Below are positions 38,301 through 46,420 of a stretch of DNA of 64,000 nucleotides, one piece after another. The position numbers and the translations under genes are program-made. Each line of letters begins with the position of its first letter. Positions within the stretch are counted from its first letter, which is position 1. The notes beneath the pieces were generated by a model. That model worked only from the letters and a program-made list of their open reading frames with translations, ran no database searches and was not told the DNA's origin. The stretch is from a bacterium (GTDB taxonomy: Bacteria > UBA10199 > 2-02-FULL-44-16 > JAAZCA01): NCBI GenBank assembly GCA_963674695.2, contig CAXXGI010000003.1, positions 128,001-192,000 on the forward strand, read 5' to 3'.

Positions 38301-39151
38301 ACATCCGTAGACGCTTCCGCGATGAACGTCCCGGTCGAGACCTTCATCTGCGCATCGTCGGGCAGGCGCGCCTCGGTCTGTGCGCCGCTCGCATCGACGA
38401 TGATCTTCTTGACCTCGATGGAGTGCTCGCCGTCTCCACCGCCACATTGTGACAGGGTCGGTTGAATCGAGCCGGTGAACGTCCCCGTGAGTGATGCGCC
38501 CATGAGGAATTCGTCGGCGGCATCGATGGTGTGCCCGAGTACCGTTCCGACCACGATCGTCATCGCTCCGCTGGCATCCGGTGGTGAGCCGGTTGCAGCG
38601 GGCAGGTGCGGAAGCTCATCGGTGCTGCCGGTGGTGAGCGTGAGGTTGGGGATCTCCGCTTCGACGCCGAGCGCGACGATGTAGAGCGAAAATCCGTCGA
38701 TCGTCATGTTGCCGGTGCTGTCGATCGGGCCTTCGCCGACATTGCTGCTGCCATCGCCGATGCCGCGCGCGTTGATCGTAATGGGCACGGGCAGTCCGTG
38801 CCCCTCGGCCTGAACGTCGGGAAATTCATTCCCTCGAATCGAGGCCGTGTTGCCGTTCACATGGATGGGGAAGGCGGGTACTTCCGCGCAGAGCGCTTCG
38901 CCCCCCGGGTCGGCGCCGACGGAGATCTCATCCCCCTTGATGGTGACGCAGAGCTGCGAGGTGAACGAGAGCGTGCAGTTGCGCGAGCCGGTGCCTTCGC
39001 TCGCCTGAGGGCTAGCGTCATCGCTTCCCTCGGGCGGCGGAAAATAGACGGGCGTAAAATCCTCGCCAGCGCAGCCGGCGATGAAAGCCGCCAGCAGCGT
39101 CAGCGCGATCAGGCGCCACCGATGTTGTCGATTCTGTTTTCGCATCATCAT
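35381..39151 (-). CDS. large Cys-rich lipoprotein (1256 aa) with probable Ig-like (ASH/choice-of-anchor D-type) segments
   Basis: LAAFIAGC lipobox; FRVKNIS and LAIRNKGVEDLTITSV strands typical of ASH-type Ig domains. Confidence 0.8.
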   Translation of the reverse strand: MMMRKQNRQHRWRLIALTLLAAFIAGCAGEDFTPVYFPPPEGSDDASPQASEGTGSRNCTLSFTSQLCVTIKGDEISVGADPGGEALCAEVPAFPIHVNGNTASIRGNEFPDVQAEGHGLPVPITINARGIGDGSSNVGEGPIDSTGNMTIDGFSLYIVALGVEAEIPNLTLTTGSTDELPHLPAATGSPPDASGAMTIVVGTVLGHTIDAADEFLMGASLTGTFTGSIQPTLSQCGGGDGEHSIEVKKIIVDASGAQTEARLPDDAQMKVSTGTFIAEASTDVGERFEASARFRVKNISSQPQHYQIPPRKGAFHLSSMDPLTGTLRPQQTLTLTVIFRPTLIDAEPGEVMETLSIGSDGFTLVGVALSQQGAGSVDVVDEAGSVTAPNVEDVEVGSAAVTANAERRFFHCQKKTCGEAELFTQCADCPDPSRTPCELLPVSTTGRPLSEVDDQCQPIEADAAPMLTIDLKGTGETALPARKQVLAIRNKGVEDLTITSVHIDELNESRSPQQFRVPDGAIFIADSFEAISSRVARALEGKGFQGTTLPITLPPYQPGYRETTAYVVVVYEPTDLVGHDGGQAGVGSAATDKAMLTIETESGPITTVVTGKTTITETPSLELYFKTSIGTKYVSNGRTFPFRGVTAATTDLGVPLFLRVADSAANTLRITAIAIDGEDADSFQWFDTKEKIAAVQPAEGKGMRCSVPIIDETSGEMIDEIFDLTPVSLAPPGFDMAPGAYSTETMPLFGCVNFHRDEGAPLKHLYRATIRIEALELDAQNVPARNPDGSTRKAELTGTLLAAIDPLRGHMVLRVTQTMAAILNPQFPGLSSIASRDEMESALANGTAKESDLQVFTSAFILDPFDEMTIMSIDGTEKVSTPDDGGTAIFRALDTHPVNDTYDDEAFFNYASLLHDAGLAPGERGIFDDFPNVPDGARANGWRIFTTTLSYPGPLAPPAERPAYPSSCEVVNPCSAEGLKVFTDEGAVNGRGACAFFYASGGRYDSPAFHTKEEMPGGEYENLCNRIGERQNLQDINTGHYSVDGSITFEEAGLRFFGPTYFHNPGGPLGPKPPLDAVFQMSFTTDVLKPQEDPEEPNTLPDTRIDLAKGEFKINLNDPQLEAAGMPGICENNTQNAMINGKRYSSWKYLQELLFRDAEATIPAGCPEDDNDFTGGSAYMRGRNVDPETGAVTFVTAGKFGSSDDLSFAFKDVMIFVVLNGWLCDPQGREEDFEGARCFDATFNERDAIGQISIMD

Positions 39152-39175
39152 AAGGGAGGGGATTTTATCCCCTTC

Positions 39176-39320
39176 AGATTGCTGACAAAGTCTTCTCGTG
39201 CTGTCATTCTTGTAAAACCAAAGATTGTCATTCCCGCGCAGGCGGGAATCTCGCTTTTAACGGCACACCGAGATCCCCGCTTTCGCGGGGATGACAACAT
39301 CTCGGGTTTGTCATCAACCT
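39176..39320. mobile_element. ~145-bp MITE (family B) with internal REP doublet
   Basis: Ends AGATTGCTGACAAAG / GTTTGTCATCAACCT; the core is near-identical to 43083-43230. Confidence 0.7.
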
Positions 39321-39344
39321 CAGGGGATCATCCCCATGGACTTC

Positions 39345-39372
39345 GTATCGACCACGCGGCGGAAAAGTTGCG
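39345..39372 (-). promoter_or_regulatory. sigma28/FliA-like promoter motif CGCAAC-N14-GTCGATAC
   Basis: Reverse complement cgcaac ttttccgccgcgtg gtcgatac, pointing toward the 1256-aa lipoprotein. Confidence 0.6.
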
Positions 39373-39488
39373 TGATTTCGCCGGATCGTTTCGATTACTG
39401 TGGGGAAGGGACCACAAGGTGGCAGATGACGGCAATACGCGGTGTTCCGGCGCCCTGCGTCAGAGATGACGCCCTGCCCCTTTTTTTA

Positions 39489-39516
39489 CGCAACTTTTTG
39501 GGCGAGGAGACGAAAA
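39489..39516 (+). promoter_or_regulatory. sigma28/FliA-like promoter motif CGCAAC-N14-GACGAAAA
   Basis: cgcaac tttttgggcgagga gacgaaaa; divergent from the previous copy; -10 matches at 6/8. Confidence 0.5.
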
Positions 39517-39602
39517 GGGTCACGAACAGGAGACACCCGACCCGATATCGATGATTCGATTGTGGGCAGGGGTGTCATGTGAGTCGACGATGAGATTATG
39601 GT

Positions 39603-39673
39603 TGTCATCCTCGCGAAAGCGGGGATCTCGATTGGCCATTACATGCGAGATTCCCGCCTGCGCGGGAATGACA
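39603..39673. repeat. REP doublet
   Basis: tgtcatcctcgcgaaagcggggatctcg ... cgagattcccgcctgcgcgggaatgaca. Confidence 0.8.
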
Positions 39674-39712
39674 GCATGAAAACACATGCGGCACGTTGAT
39701 CTTCTCTTATAT

Positions 39713-42700
39713 ATGATGAAACGCATTGTTGGGACATGCCTTCTGCTTCTCCTCATCGTCTTCGGTGCGCCGGTGTCGGCGCATGCCGGCGTGGGCGATT
39801 GGGTTGCGCATGCCAAGAGTTGGTGGTCAGCGCATACGCTCGATTCGAACGGCGTGATTGCTGATCCGAAATTCGATGTGGCTGAAGAAACCGAACCCGT
39901 TCCAGAACCCGCAGATCCCGAAGAGGAGGAGTCGGAAGAGGAAGAGGGCGGGCGCAGGGCGCGCGTTCCGGGCATGTGTGTGGTGCCGCAGGAGCCAGCG
40001 GTCACCGCCTGTGAGATCGGTTCCGGTTTTATCTGCGTCAATACGCCACCGGGCGGCGTGGACGGCGACACCGTGCGCATTCGCGGGACGATCGACCGGC
40101 GCGGATCTGTGCTCGCCTCCATTCGGATAGCGGCGCAGAACGAATATACGAAACGCATCGCCGAGGTCGACACGAGTGAACCGGCCGAGAGCGACTGTTG
40201 GAAAGAGTCGCCGCCCGATCGTCCCTTCTGTATCGATGGTGAAGGACGTTTCTCCGCGCTCGTCGCCCTGGCCGATCCCGGGCCGGCGACGATCACCGTG
40301 ACCGGCAGCCGTCTCTCGGGCGAGAGCCTCGAGCGCCGCGTGCGCGTGAGTCGCGTGATCGCCCCCGAGTTGGGCTTCGATCGCATTCAATTCGATCCGG
40401 ATGTGACCGCGGGCGGGGCGGTCGACGCTCCCATCGTTACCGCTACCGTCGATCTGCTGGGGGACTGTCAGTTCTGTGACTTTATCGGTGCTTCGACCGG
40501 CGGTATCACGGTGACGGCCGAGAACGTCGTCGTCTCTGCCGATGGGACGACCCGGCGGGTGAGTTGTCCGACGACGGTCGAACAGGGCGGGCAGGGGCGC
40601 TTCCTCATCGGTGTGCCGGTCCTGTCCGGTCAGAATACGCTCACCGTTCGCGCGTGCAATGCCGCGGTCGAGGGGCATTGTCCCGAGGTGAGCGGCATCA
40701 CCTTTTCGGGTGCGGCCGGGGAGATGAATTTTGACATTCAGTCGCCGCCGCCGCAGCCGGCCTATGATGCGGCCGACTATCCCAAAATTCCCTGGAGCTT
40801 TTCGCTCGGCGACGGTGCCGGTTGCATCTCGATGCAGTTCAACCGCGAAGGCCCTGCCGAACTCTGCCCGGATGCATCGGGCATCTATCACGCTGAACTC
40901 CATCCGCGTTCCGGCATCAATGTGGCCACGCTTGCCCCCGACGGGGTGACCGAGGCGTTTGCCTGGAGCTTCGGCTGGGGGACGATCGAGAGTCCGCATG
41001 CGAAGGGGGCCCGCGGGCGCATGACGGTGCCGAGTGCGGCGCAGTTGGCGCTGCCCGCGCGGACGGCCGAGCGCATGCTCATCCCCTTCATCAATAACTT
41101 TTTAGCCTCCGACGAGTTTCAGGACCTCATCGCCGATTTTAAGATGGGCGGTGATGAGAAGAAGGATGCATCCGACGACGAGGATTTCTCGCACCTCGTT
41201 CCGAAGTGCGGTGGGACAGCGTCGTCCGGCTTTCGCATCGCGTTGCGCGGAAAGCCGAAGCTGGGTCACGCCGAGATTCGCGATGCGACATTCGAGACAG
41301 ATGCGGTGGCGCTGGATGTGCGCATCAAGAACCTCTCCGCCGGCATCGATCTCCATCCCGATAACGGCAATGCGCCGCTTCCGCTCACGGTCGTCTTTCG
41401 TCGAGCGAAGTTCGATATTCGCCTCGAGATCGCCCAAGGCTCTGACGGCGAGGCGATGGCGCTCGTCACCAGCCCGCATGACGACTGTGATTTCAAGCGG
41501 GGGAGCTACTGCCAGCACAAGCCGACCTCGCTCATCCCGCAGCATTATGTCGGCGGGGCGCATACCTACGGCGGGTTCATCCGCTGCGAGGTCGCGCTCG
41601 CATCCGGTGGAGCGAAGAAGGCGTGCAAGGCGTTCAACTCGCTCAACGCCATGACCGGCGTCATCGGCGAGAAGGTCCTCGATGCGATCAACGATATGAT
41701 CTACTGCGGCGGGTCGGCGGCGCTCACCAAGCTCATGCGGCGTGGCATCGCGCTCGAACCGATCGAGCTGGGCTGTGCCGAAGGGGAAGCGTGCGAGGGG
41801 ACGCTCACAAAGCTTCTGCCTCCATTGCGTCTGCCGTTGGGAGTGTCGCTCGACGACGGTCTCGATCTGTCGAGCCAGGGCCTGCTCGTGAGCGCAGGAA
41901 TGTCCGTGGGAGACGCAGATCTCTTCAGCCACACGCCGAAGTCAGCGCGCGTGGATTCGGCAGGACTCATCCGCGTGCGCGACGATGATGAAGGAGCGAT
42001 CTCCAGCGCGAGTGCGGGAGGAAAAGATTTGACTGCCGCCCTCTCGCTCGATGCGATCAACGCGCTGCTCTTTGCCCTCGTCGCGCAGGGCGATGGGGGG
42101 GACTATCGAGGCCTGTTGGATATCGATGTTCATGAACACCTCTTCAACGATCTTGGATTCGACTTCGTCAAGGAGTGCGATCAGTTCGTGCCGATTCCCG
42201 GTGAGGCGGAGGCGCCGCCCACGCTCTGTCATCTGCGTCCGCGGGTCGGCGAGATGTTGGGTTCAGCGCTGTCGACCTATGGCTACTTCGAACAGAACCA
42301 GCCCTTGCTCCTGGCCATTCGGGGAAATCGCGCGCTCGGGCCACGCCTGGCGGTGACCTCTCTCGATGAACTGCCGGTGGTCTCTCGCGCGGGCAACGAC
42401 AACCCCGCCATGGACGGCGGCGGCGATGCCGACGTTCCCGAGGGTTCGCTCGTCGAACTCCAGCTCGGCGGGGTGACGCTCTCGTTCTATGCCCTGGATG
42501 CCGATCGGCCCTACGATGCCGACGGCGCCTTTCGCATTCAGTCGATGCGTCCGGAGCTCGATGACCCCTGGGACGGTCCGATCGTCAGCTTCGATCTGAC
42601 GCTCCTGCTCGGCATCGAGGTAGGCGACATCGAACTCGAAGTCCCCGAGGAGTGGGATGATCAAGGGCAGGAACAATTCGTTACGACCGTGCGCACGCTC

Positions 42701-43051
42701 GCCGACCGTTCGCGATTGGTGCTCACACCGATCGAGGGGACCAACGCCACGAGCGCGCCGCCGCTGGGCCTCATCTCGGCGCTGCGCGAAAAGATCTCAC
42801 TCGGCATCGCGGGGATCTCTCCGCGCGAGAAGGCGATTCGTATTCCCATTCCGCGCGAGATCGCGCTGGAATCCGATGACCCGGAGAGCATGCTGAATAA
42901 ACTCGGCCTGCGCACCCTCACCCTCACCGACGATGGCTTGGGTCTCTCCTTCGACGACGAACACAACGCCGTCCTCATCGGTCTGCGCGCGATCATCACG
43001 CAGGTGTTGCACCAGAACGGGAAGCCCATCGAATACACCCTTCCGAAATAA
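39713..43051 (+). CDS. large secreted Cys-rich protein (~1110 aa)
   Basis: Signal peptide MMKRIVGTCLLLLLIVFGAPVSAHA; Ig-like segments (VLSGQNTLTVRAC); function unknown. Confidence 0.8.
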   Translation: MMKRIVGTCLLLLLIVFGAPVSAHAGVGDWVAHAKSWWSAHTLDSNGVIADPKFDVAEETEPVPEPADPEEEESEEEEGGRRARVPGMCVVPQEPAVTACEIGSGFICVNTPPGGVDGDTVRIRGTIDRRGSVLASIRIAAQNEYTKRIAEVDTSEPAESDCWKESPPDRPFCIDGEGRFSALVALADPGPATITVTGSRLSGESLERRVRVSRVIAPELGFDRIQFDPDVTAGGAVDAPIVTATVDLLGDCQFCDFIGASTGGITVTAENVVVSADGTTRRVSCPTTVEQGGQGRFLIGVPVLSGQNTLTVRACNAAVEGHCPEVSGITFSGAAGEMNFDIQSPPPQPAYDAADYPKIPWSFSLGDGAGCISMQFNREGPAELCPDASGIYHAELHPRSGINVATLAPDGVTEAFAWSFGWGTIESPHAKGARGRMTVPSAAQLALPARTAERMLIPFINNFLASDEFQDLIADFKMGGDEKKDASDDEDFSHLVPKCGGTASSGFRIALRGKPKLGHAEIRDATFETDAVALDVRIKNLSAGIDLHPDNGNAPLPLTVVFRRAKFDIRLEIAQGSDGEAMALVTSPHDDCDFKRGSYCQHKPTSLIPQHYVGGAHTYGGFIRCEVALASGGAKKACKAFNSLNAMTGVIGEKVLDAINDMIYCGGSAALTKLMRRGIALEPIELGCAEGEACEGTLTKLLPPLRLPLGVSLDDGLDLSSQGLLVSAGMSVGDADLFSHTPKSARVDSAGLIRVRDDDEGAISSASAGGKDLTAALSLDAINALLFALVAQGDGGDYRGLLDIDVHEHLFNDLGFDFVKECDQFVPIPGEAEAPPTLCHLRPRVGEMLGSALSTYGYFEQNQPLLLAIRGNRALGPRLAVTSLDELPVVSRAGNDNPAMDGGGDADVPEGSLVELQLGGVTLSFYALDADRPYDADGAFRIQSMRPELDDPWDGPIVSFDLTLLLGIEVGDIELEVPEEWDDQGQEQFVTTVRTLADRSRLVLTPIEGTNATSAPPLGLISALREKISLGIAGISPREKAIRIPIPREIALESDDPESMLNKLGLRTLTLTDDGLGLSFDDEHNAVLIGLRAIITQVLHQNGKPIEYTLPK

Positions 43052-43080
43052 AAAAGCCCGACACCAGTTGGTGCCGGGCC
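43050..43080. terminator. hairpin terminator, duplicated on both sides of a MITE
   Basis: aaaaaagcccgacaccagttggtgccgggcc, and a second copy ggcccgacaccttttggtgccgggcctttt at 43233-43262, between convergent genes. Confidence 0.6.
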
Positions 43081-43082
43081 GA

Positions 43083-43230
43083 GGGCTGCTGACAGAGTTA
43101 TCTCATGCGATCATTTCTGTGAAACCAAGATTTGTCATTCCCGCGCAGGCGGGAATCTCGCTTTTAACGGCACACCGAGATCCCCGCGTTCGCGGGGATG
43201 ACAAAAAAAACAAGGGTTTGGCATCAACCT
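43083..43230. mobile_element. ~148-bp MITE (family B), second copy
   Basis: gggctgctgacagag ... gtcattcccgcgcaggcgggaatctcgcttttaacggcacaccgagatccccgc ... gtttggcatcaacct. Confidence 0.7.
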
Positions 43231-43271
43231 CAGGCCCGACACCTTTTGGTGCCGGGCCTTTTCCTGCATTC

Positions 43272-46160
43272 CTACCGCAGCATCGCCATCGGGGCGTAGG
43301 CGAAGGCGCCGTATCCGTTGAAGATGTTTGCCGAGAGATCGTCCTGCAGACAGGGCGGGATCATCCCCGGGTCGACCGGATCAATCTCTTCTCCCAACAA
43401 CATCTCATAGGTCGTGCGTTCTTCGACTTCATCCGTTACCAGCGCCGCTGCGGCCGCTCGTTCGGCACTGTGCGCAGCGTGTCCGTTAGCGGTGCGTTGA
43501 GCGGTCAGGGCCACCAGGGCAACGCCGAGATCGGAGCGCTCCTGCATCAGCCGTTTGGCCTCGGCGGCTTCAAGACGCAGGACGCGAACGTCGCCGCGAG
43601 CGCGGACGGTCGCTGATCGCGGTTCGTCCGCGACGAGTGCCTTTTCACCGACGACATCGCCCGCCCCGAGGATGACGGGCGTCTGGGCCAGCGGTCCCTC
43701 AGCGGCGCTGACGGCCACTTCACCGTCCAGGAGAAAGAAGATATCGCTTTCGCGCATGCCTTCGTGGATGAGCGTTTGGCCATCGCGCAGCGCTTCGACC
43801 CGACCCGAGATGTGCAGGAGGTCGCGAGTCGAGGCGCTCAGCCCCTTGAGCACCGGCGAACGCTCGGTCGCACCGGCCGCCAAGCGGCGCACTTGGGCCA
43901 GATCGACATAGGTGGCGGCCAGGCCCGTGCGCGTGAGGATCGGTGCGATGGCATTCGCCTCCCAGCGCACCGCATACAGATCGGTCATCGCCGTGACATT
44001 GGCGGTGCGAGGGGCATTGGTCGCCAGAGCGGTTTCGCCGACCACGCCCGCATGTCGAACGGCCAGCGGGCTGTGGGCATCGTCAGCACCGTTGTGGATC
44101 GCGGCCGTGCCGTCGACGATGAGGTACATCGCATCACCCGCTGCTCCCTTCTCGATGATGCGCTCCCCTTGGCGCCGAAAGATCAGTTTTCCGGCGGAGA
44201 TGAGATCATCCATCAGGGCGGGATCGGTGAGGTGTCGGCCCAACACCGGATCGCGCGCGATCGCCCGTCGAACGATCTCGCGCGTGCGATAGGGGGAGGC
44301 ATCGGGTTGCCACCCCATACGGTCGGCGAGTGCAATCGCATCGCCCAGGCCTTCGCCGAGGTAGCGGATGCCGGCATCGCGCACCTTCTGCGGTGCCTCG
44401 TGATAGCCGATGACGACACCGTTTGCCGGCGCGACCGCGGCCATGTTCGCCGAGAGCTCTGCGACCTTGGCCAGTCCCGGATGAAGCGGCAGCGCTCCAT
44501 TGTCGATGATGCTCAAGCCTCCGGCGAGCATCCCCTGCCAGGGTTGCATCGTGATCGTCGCCATGCGCGCATCGCTGGCGATGACGGGGCGTCCCGTCTC
44601 TTTATCGACCGTATCGCGTAGCTTCGACACGATTGCCGGATCGATCTGCGTATCCCCCGAATAGCTTGCGAGGATGCGCGACGCAGCGTGCTTCGGGTCA
44701 CCGCTCATGAGCGTGTAGCCGATGGCCGGGACCGAGTGGAAGCTGTGGTTGAAGGTGAACCAGAGTCCGGTGCGGCTCTTCCAGGGTTCGAGCATCCGTA
44801 CGTCGGCCGAGCGCCAGAGCGAACGAATCTGATCCGGGCGCAACCGACCGAGTTGCATGTTCGAGAGCATGCGGACCATCTGCTCCTCGACGATCGGGTC
44901 CGTTGCCAGGACCGGACGCCGGGGGAGGTGAGCCAGCAGCCGCGGCAGCCCGCCGAAGTGATCGACGTGCGCGTGCGTGATGATCACCTCTTCGACGACG
45001 TCGAGCGGGATGCGGTTCATCTCCATCCATTCCAGGAAATTCACGGGCGGATCGACGATGGTCGCGCGTCCATCGTTGAAGATCATGTGGCCCGAGGTCT
45101 CCTGCGGCGTGAAGAGCGAGCCGGAGCTGATCGGGACGATCATCGGCTCGCCGTCGATGAGCGCGCGATGGCGGATCTGCTCGAACCCCTCCGCACTTCG
45201 GTCGACCTCGGGTGTGGGCAGGGCCGGCAGTGGATAATCGGCCAGGTCCACATCGCCCACAGCGGTGCCCGCTTCGAAGAGGCTGTAGATGCCATTGCCC
45301 CGATCGATGATGCGCAGATCGTCGAAATCGAGCACGCCGGCGTCATCGAAGGTGTGGATGGTGCGCATCTGCTCCAGCGGGAATCCCTTCCAGTGTTTGA
45401 GCTCCTCATGCAGGTTGGGGAATCCGGGTGTGGCTGCTCCCTTCGGATAGCTCCCCGCCACCTGTTCTTCGGTGATCTCCTGATAGGATCCTTCATAGGA
45501 ATCATGCAGGACCGCATCGAAATAGGGGGCCACATCCGCACGGGCGGCGAAGTGCGTGGAATCCTTCATCCCCGCGACGACGAAGAAGTAATGGTAGAGC
45601 GGGCCTTCCCCTTCGGTGATGTGGCGACCGCTGGCCAGATCCAGAATCGGTTCGTCGGGCACGATGCCGAGGCGCGCACCCCCGAAGGCGAAGAGGTCCT
45701 TGACGGCGCTGGCCGGTAGGCGGAAGGCGACGTTGCCTTTGGTGCCCTTGAAGAGCACCGCTCCTCGCTGGGTGACCTCGATCCGGTCGGGGTCGATGGG
45801 CCTTCGCGCCGGGGGCGGGGCGGTGACTGATCCGGTCGAAGTCAGTCTGCCGCGCTCGCGCAGGAAGTCGGAGAAGGCCTGGTTGACGAGCACAGGGCTG
45901 CTTGCCGTCGAAACAGGGTTCTCGCCCTGTGCGATCCGATCGGCGAACCGATCGATGGCCGCGATGGCGTGATCGACGGCTTCAGGCGTTTGTGCCCCTC
46001 CCTCCTTCAATTGGACGAAGGTCTCGAGCAGCCCCGCGGATGCAAGCGCGGATGGCTCTGCCCCCTCCGTGATGGGGCCTCCCTCCAGGGCTTGCATCAG
46101 GGAAAGCGTGGCTCGGTTCAACTGCTCCTGCTGTTTGGGGGTGATTCTGGTGGTGTCCAT
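43272..46160 (-). CDS. metallo-beta-lactamase-fold hydrolase with two cNMP-binding domains and C-terminal GAFAYAPMAMLR tag
   Basis: THAHVDH, HSVP and YSGDT metal-binding motifs; two cNMP cassettes (GETALATNAPRTANV and GEKALVADEPRSATV); AGGAGAGG RBS. Confidence 0.88.
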   Translation of the reverse strand: MDTTRITPKQQEQLNRATLSLMQALEGGPITEGAEPSALASAGLLETFVQLKEGGAQTPEAVDHAIAAIDRFADRIAQGENPVSTASSPVLVNQAFSDFLRERGRLTSTGSVTAPPPARRPIDPDRIEVTQRGAVLFKGTKGNVAFRLPASAVKDLFAFGGARLGIVPDEPILDLASGRHITEGEGPLYHYFFVVAGMKDSTHFAARADVAPYFDAVLHDSYEGSYQEITEEQVAGSYPKGAATPGFPNLHEELKHWKGFPLEQMRTIHTFDDAGVLDFDDLRIIDRGNGIYSLFEAGTAVGDVDLADYPLPALPTPEVDRSAEGFEQIRHRALIDGEPMIVPISSGSLFTPQETSGHMIFNDGRATIVDPPVNFLEWMEMNRIPLDVVEEVIITHAHVDHFGGLPRLLAHLPRRPVLATDPIVEEQMVRMLSNMQLGRLRPDQIRSLWRSADVRMLEPWKSRTGLWFTFNHSFHSVPAIGYTLMSGDPKHAASRILASYSGDTQIDPAIVSKLRDTVDKETGRPVIASDARMATITMQPWQGMLAGGLSIIDNGALPLHPGLAKVAELSANMAAVAPANGVVIGYHEAPQKVRDAGIRYLGEGLGDAIALADRMGWQPDASPYRTREIVRRAIARDPVLGRHLTDPALMDDLISAGKLIFRRQGERIIEKGAAGDAMYLIVDGTAAIHNGADDAHSPLAVRHAGVVGETALATNAPRTANVTAMTDLYAVRWEANAIAPILTRTGLAATYVDLAQVRRLAAGATERSPVLKGLSASTRDLLHISGRVEALRDGQTLIHEGMRESDIFFLLDGEVAVSAAEGPLAQTPVILGAGDVVGEKALVADEPRSATVRARGDVRVLRLEAAEAKRLMQERSDLGVALVALTAQRTANGHAAHSAERAAAAALVTDEVEERTTYEMLLGEEIDPVDPGMIPPCLQDDLSANIFNGYGAFAYAPMAMLR

Positions 46161-46196
46161 AACCTCTCCTTTTCGTTGGGTTCACTGAATGGATAA

Positions 46197-46212
46197 AGCA
46201 AGAATGGGGCCA
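46197..46212 (-). promoter_or_regulatory. sigma54 -24/-12 promoter for the MBL-cNMP gene
   Basis: Reverse complement TGGCCCCATTCTTGCT, 37 nt upstream of the ATG and divergent from a sigma54 activator. Confidence 0.72.
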
Positions 46213-46236
46213 GAACCTTCAAAAGTAATCTTTACC

Positions 46237-46260
46237 TTGATATTGACAGAAGAATATCAA
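46237..46260. promoter_or_regulatory. perfect 8-bp inverted repeat, candidate protein-binding site
   Basis: TTGATATT-gacagaag-AATATCAA in the AT-rich divergent intergenic region. Confidence 0.4.
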
Positions 46261-46420
46261 GTAAGTGCTTGGTATTTATTTGAAAAATAACATATCTGCA
46301 GTTTGTGGTTTTATGAGTCGGAGGTTTTGATTTTGAGGAAATTGTGAAAAAAGCTTAGTCCATAGTGAATAATGCATTATAAGGGTATGAATAAATCGCA
46401 CTTAAATGAGGTGCAATATC

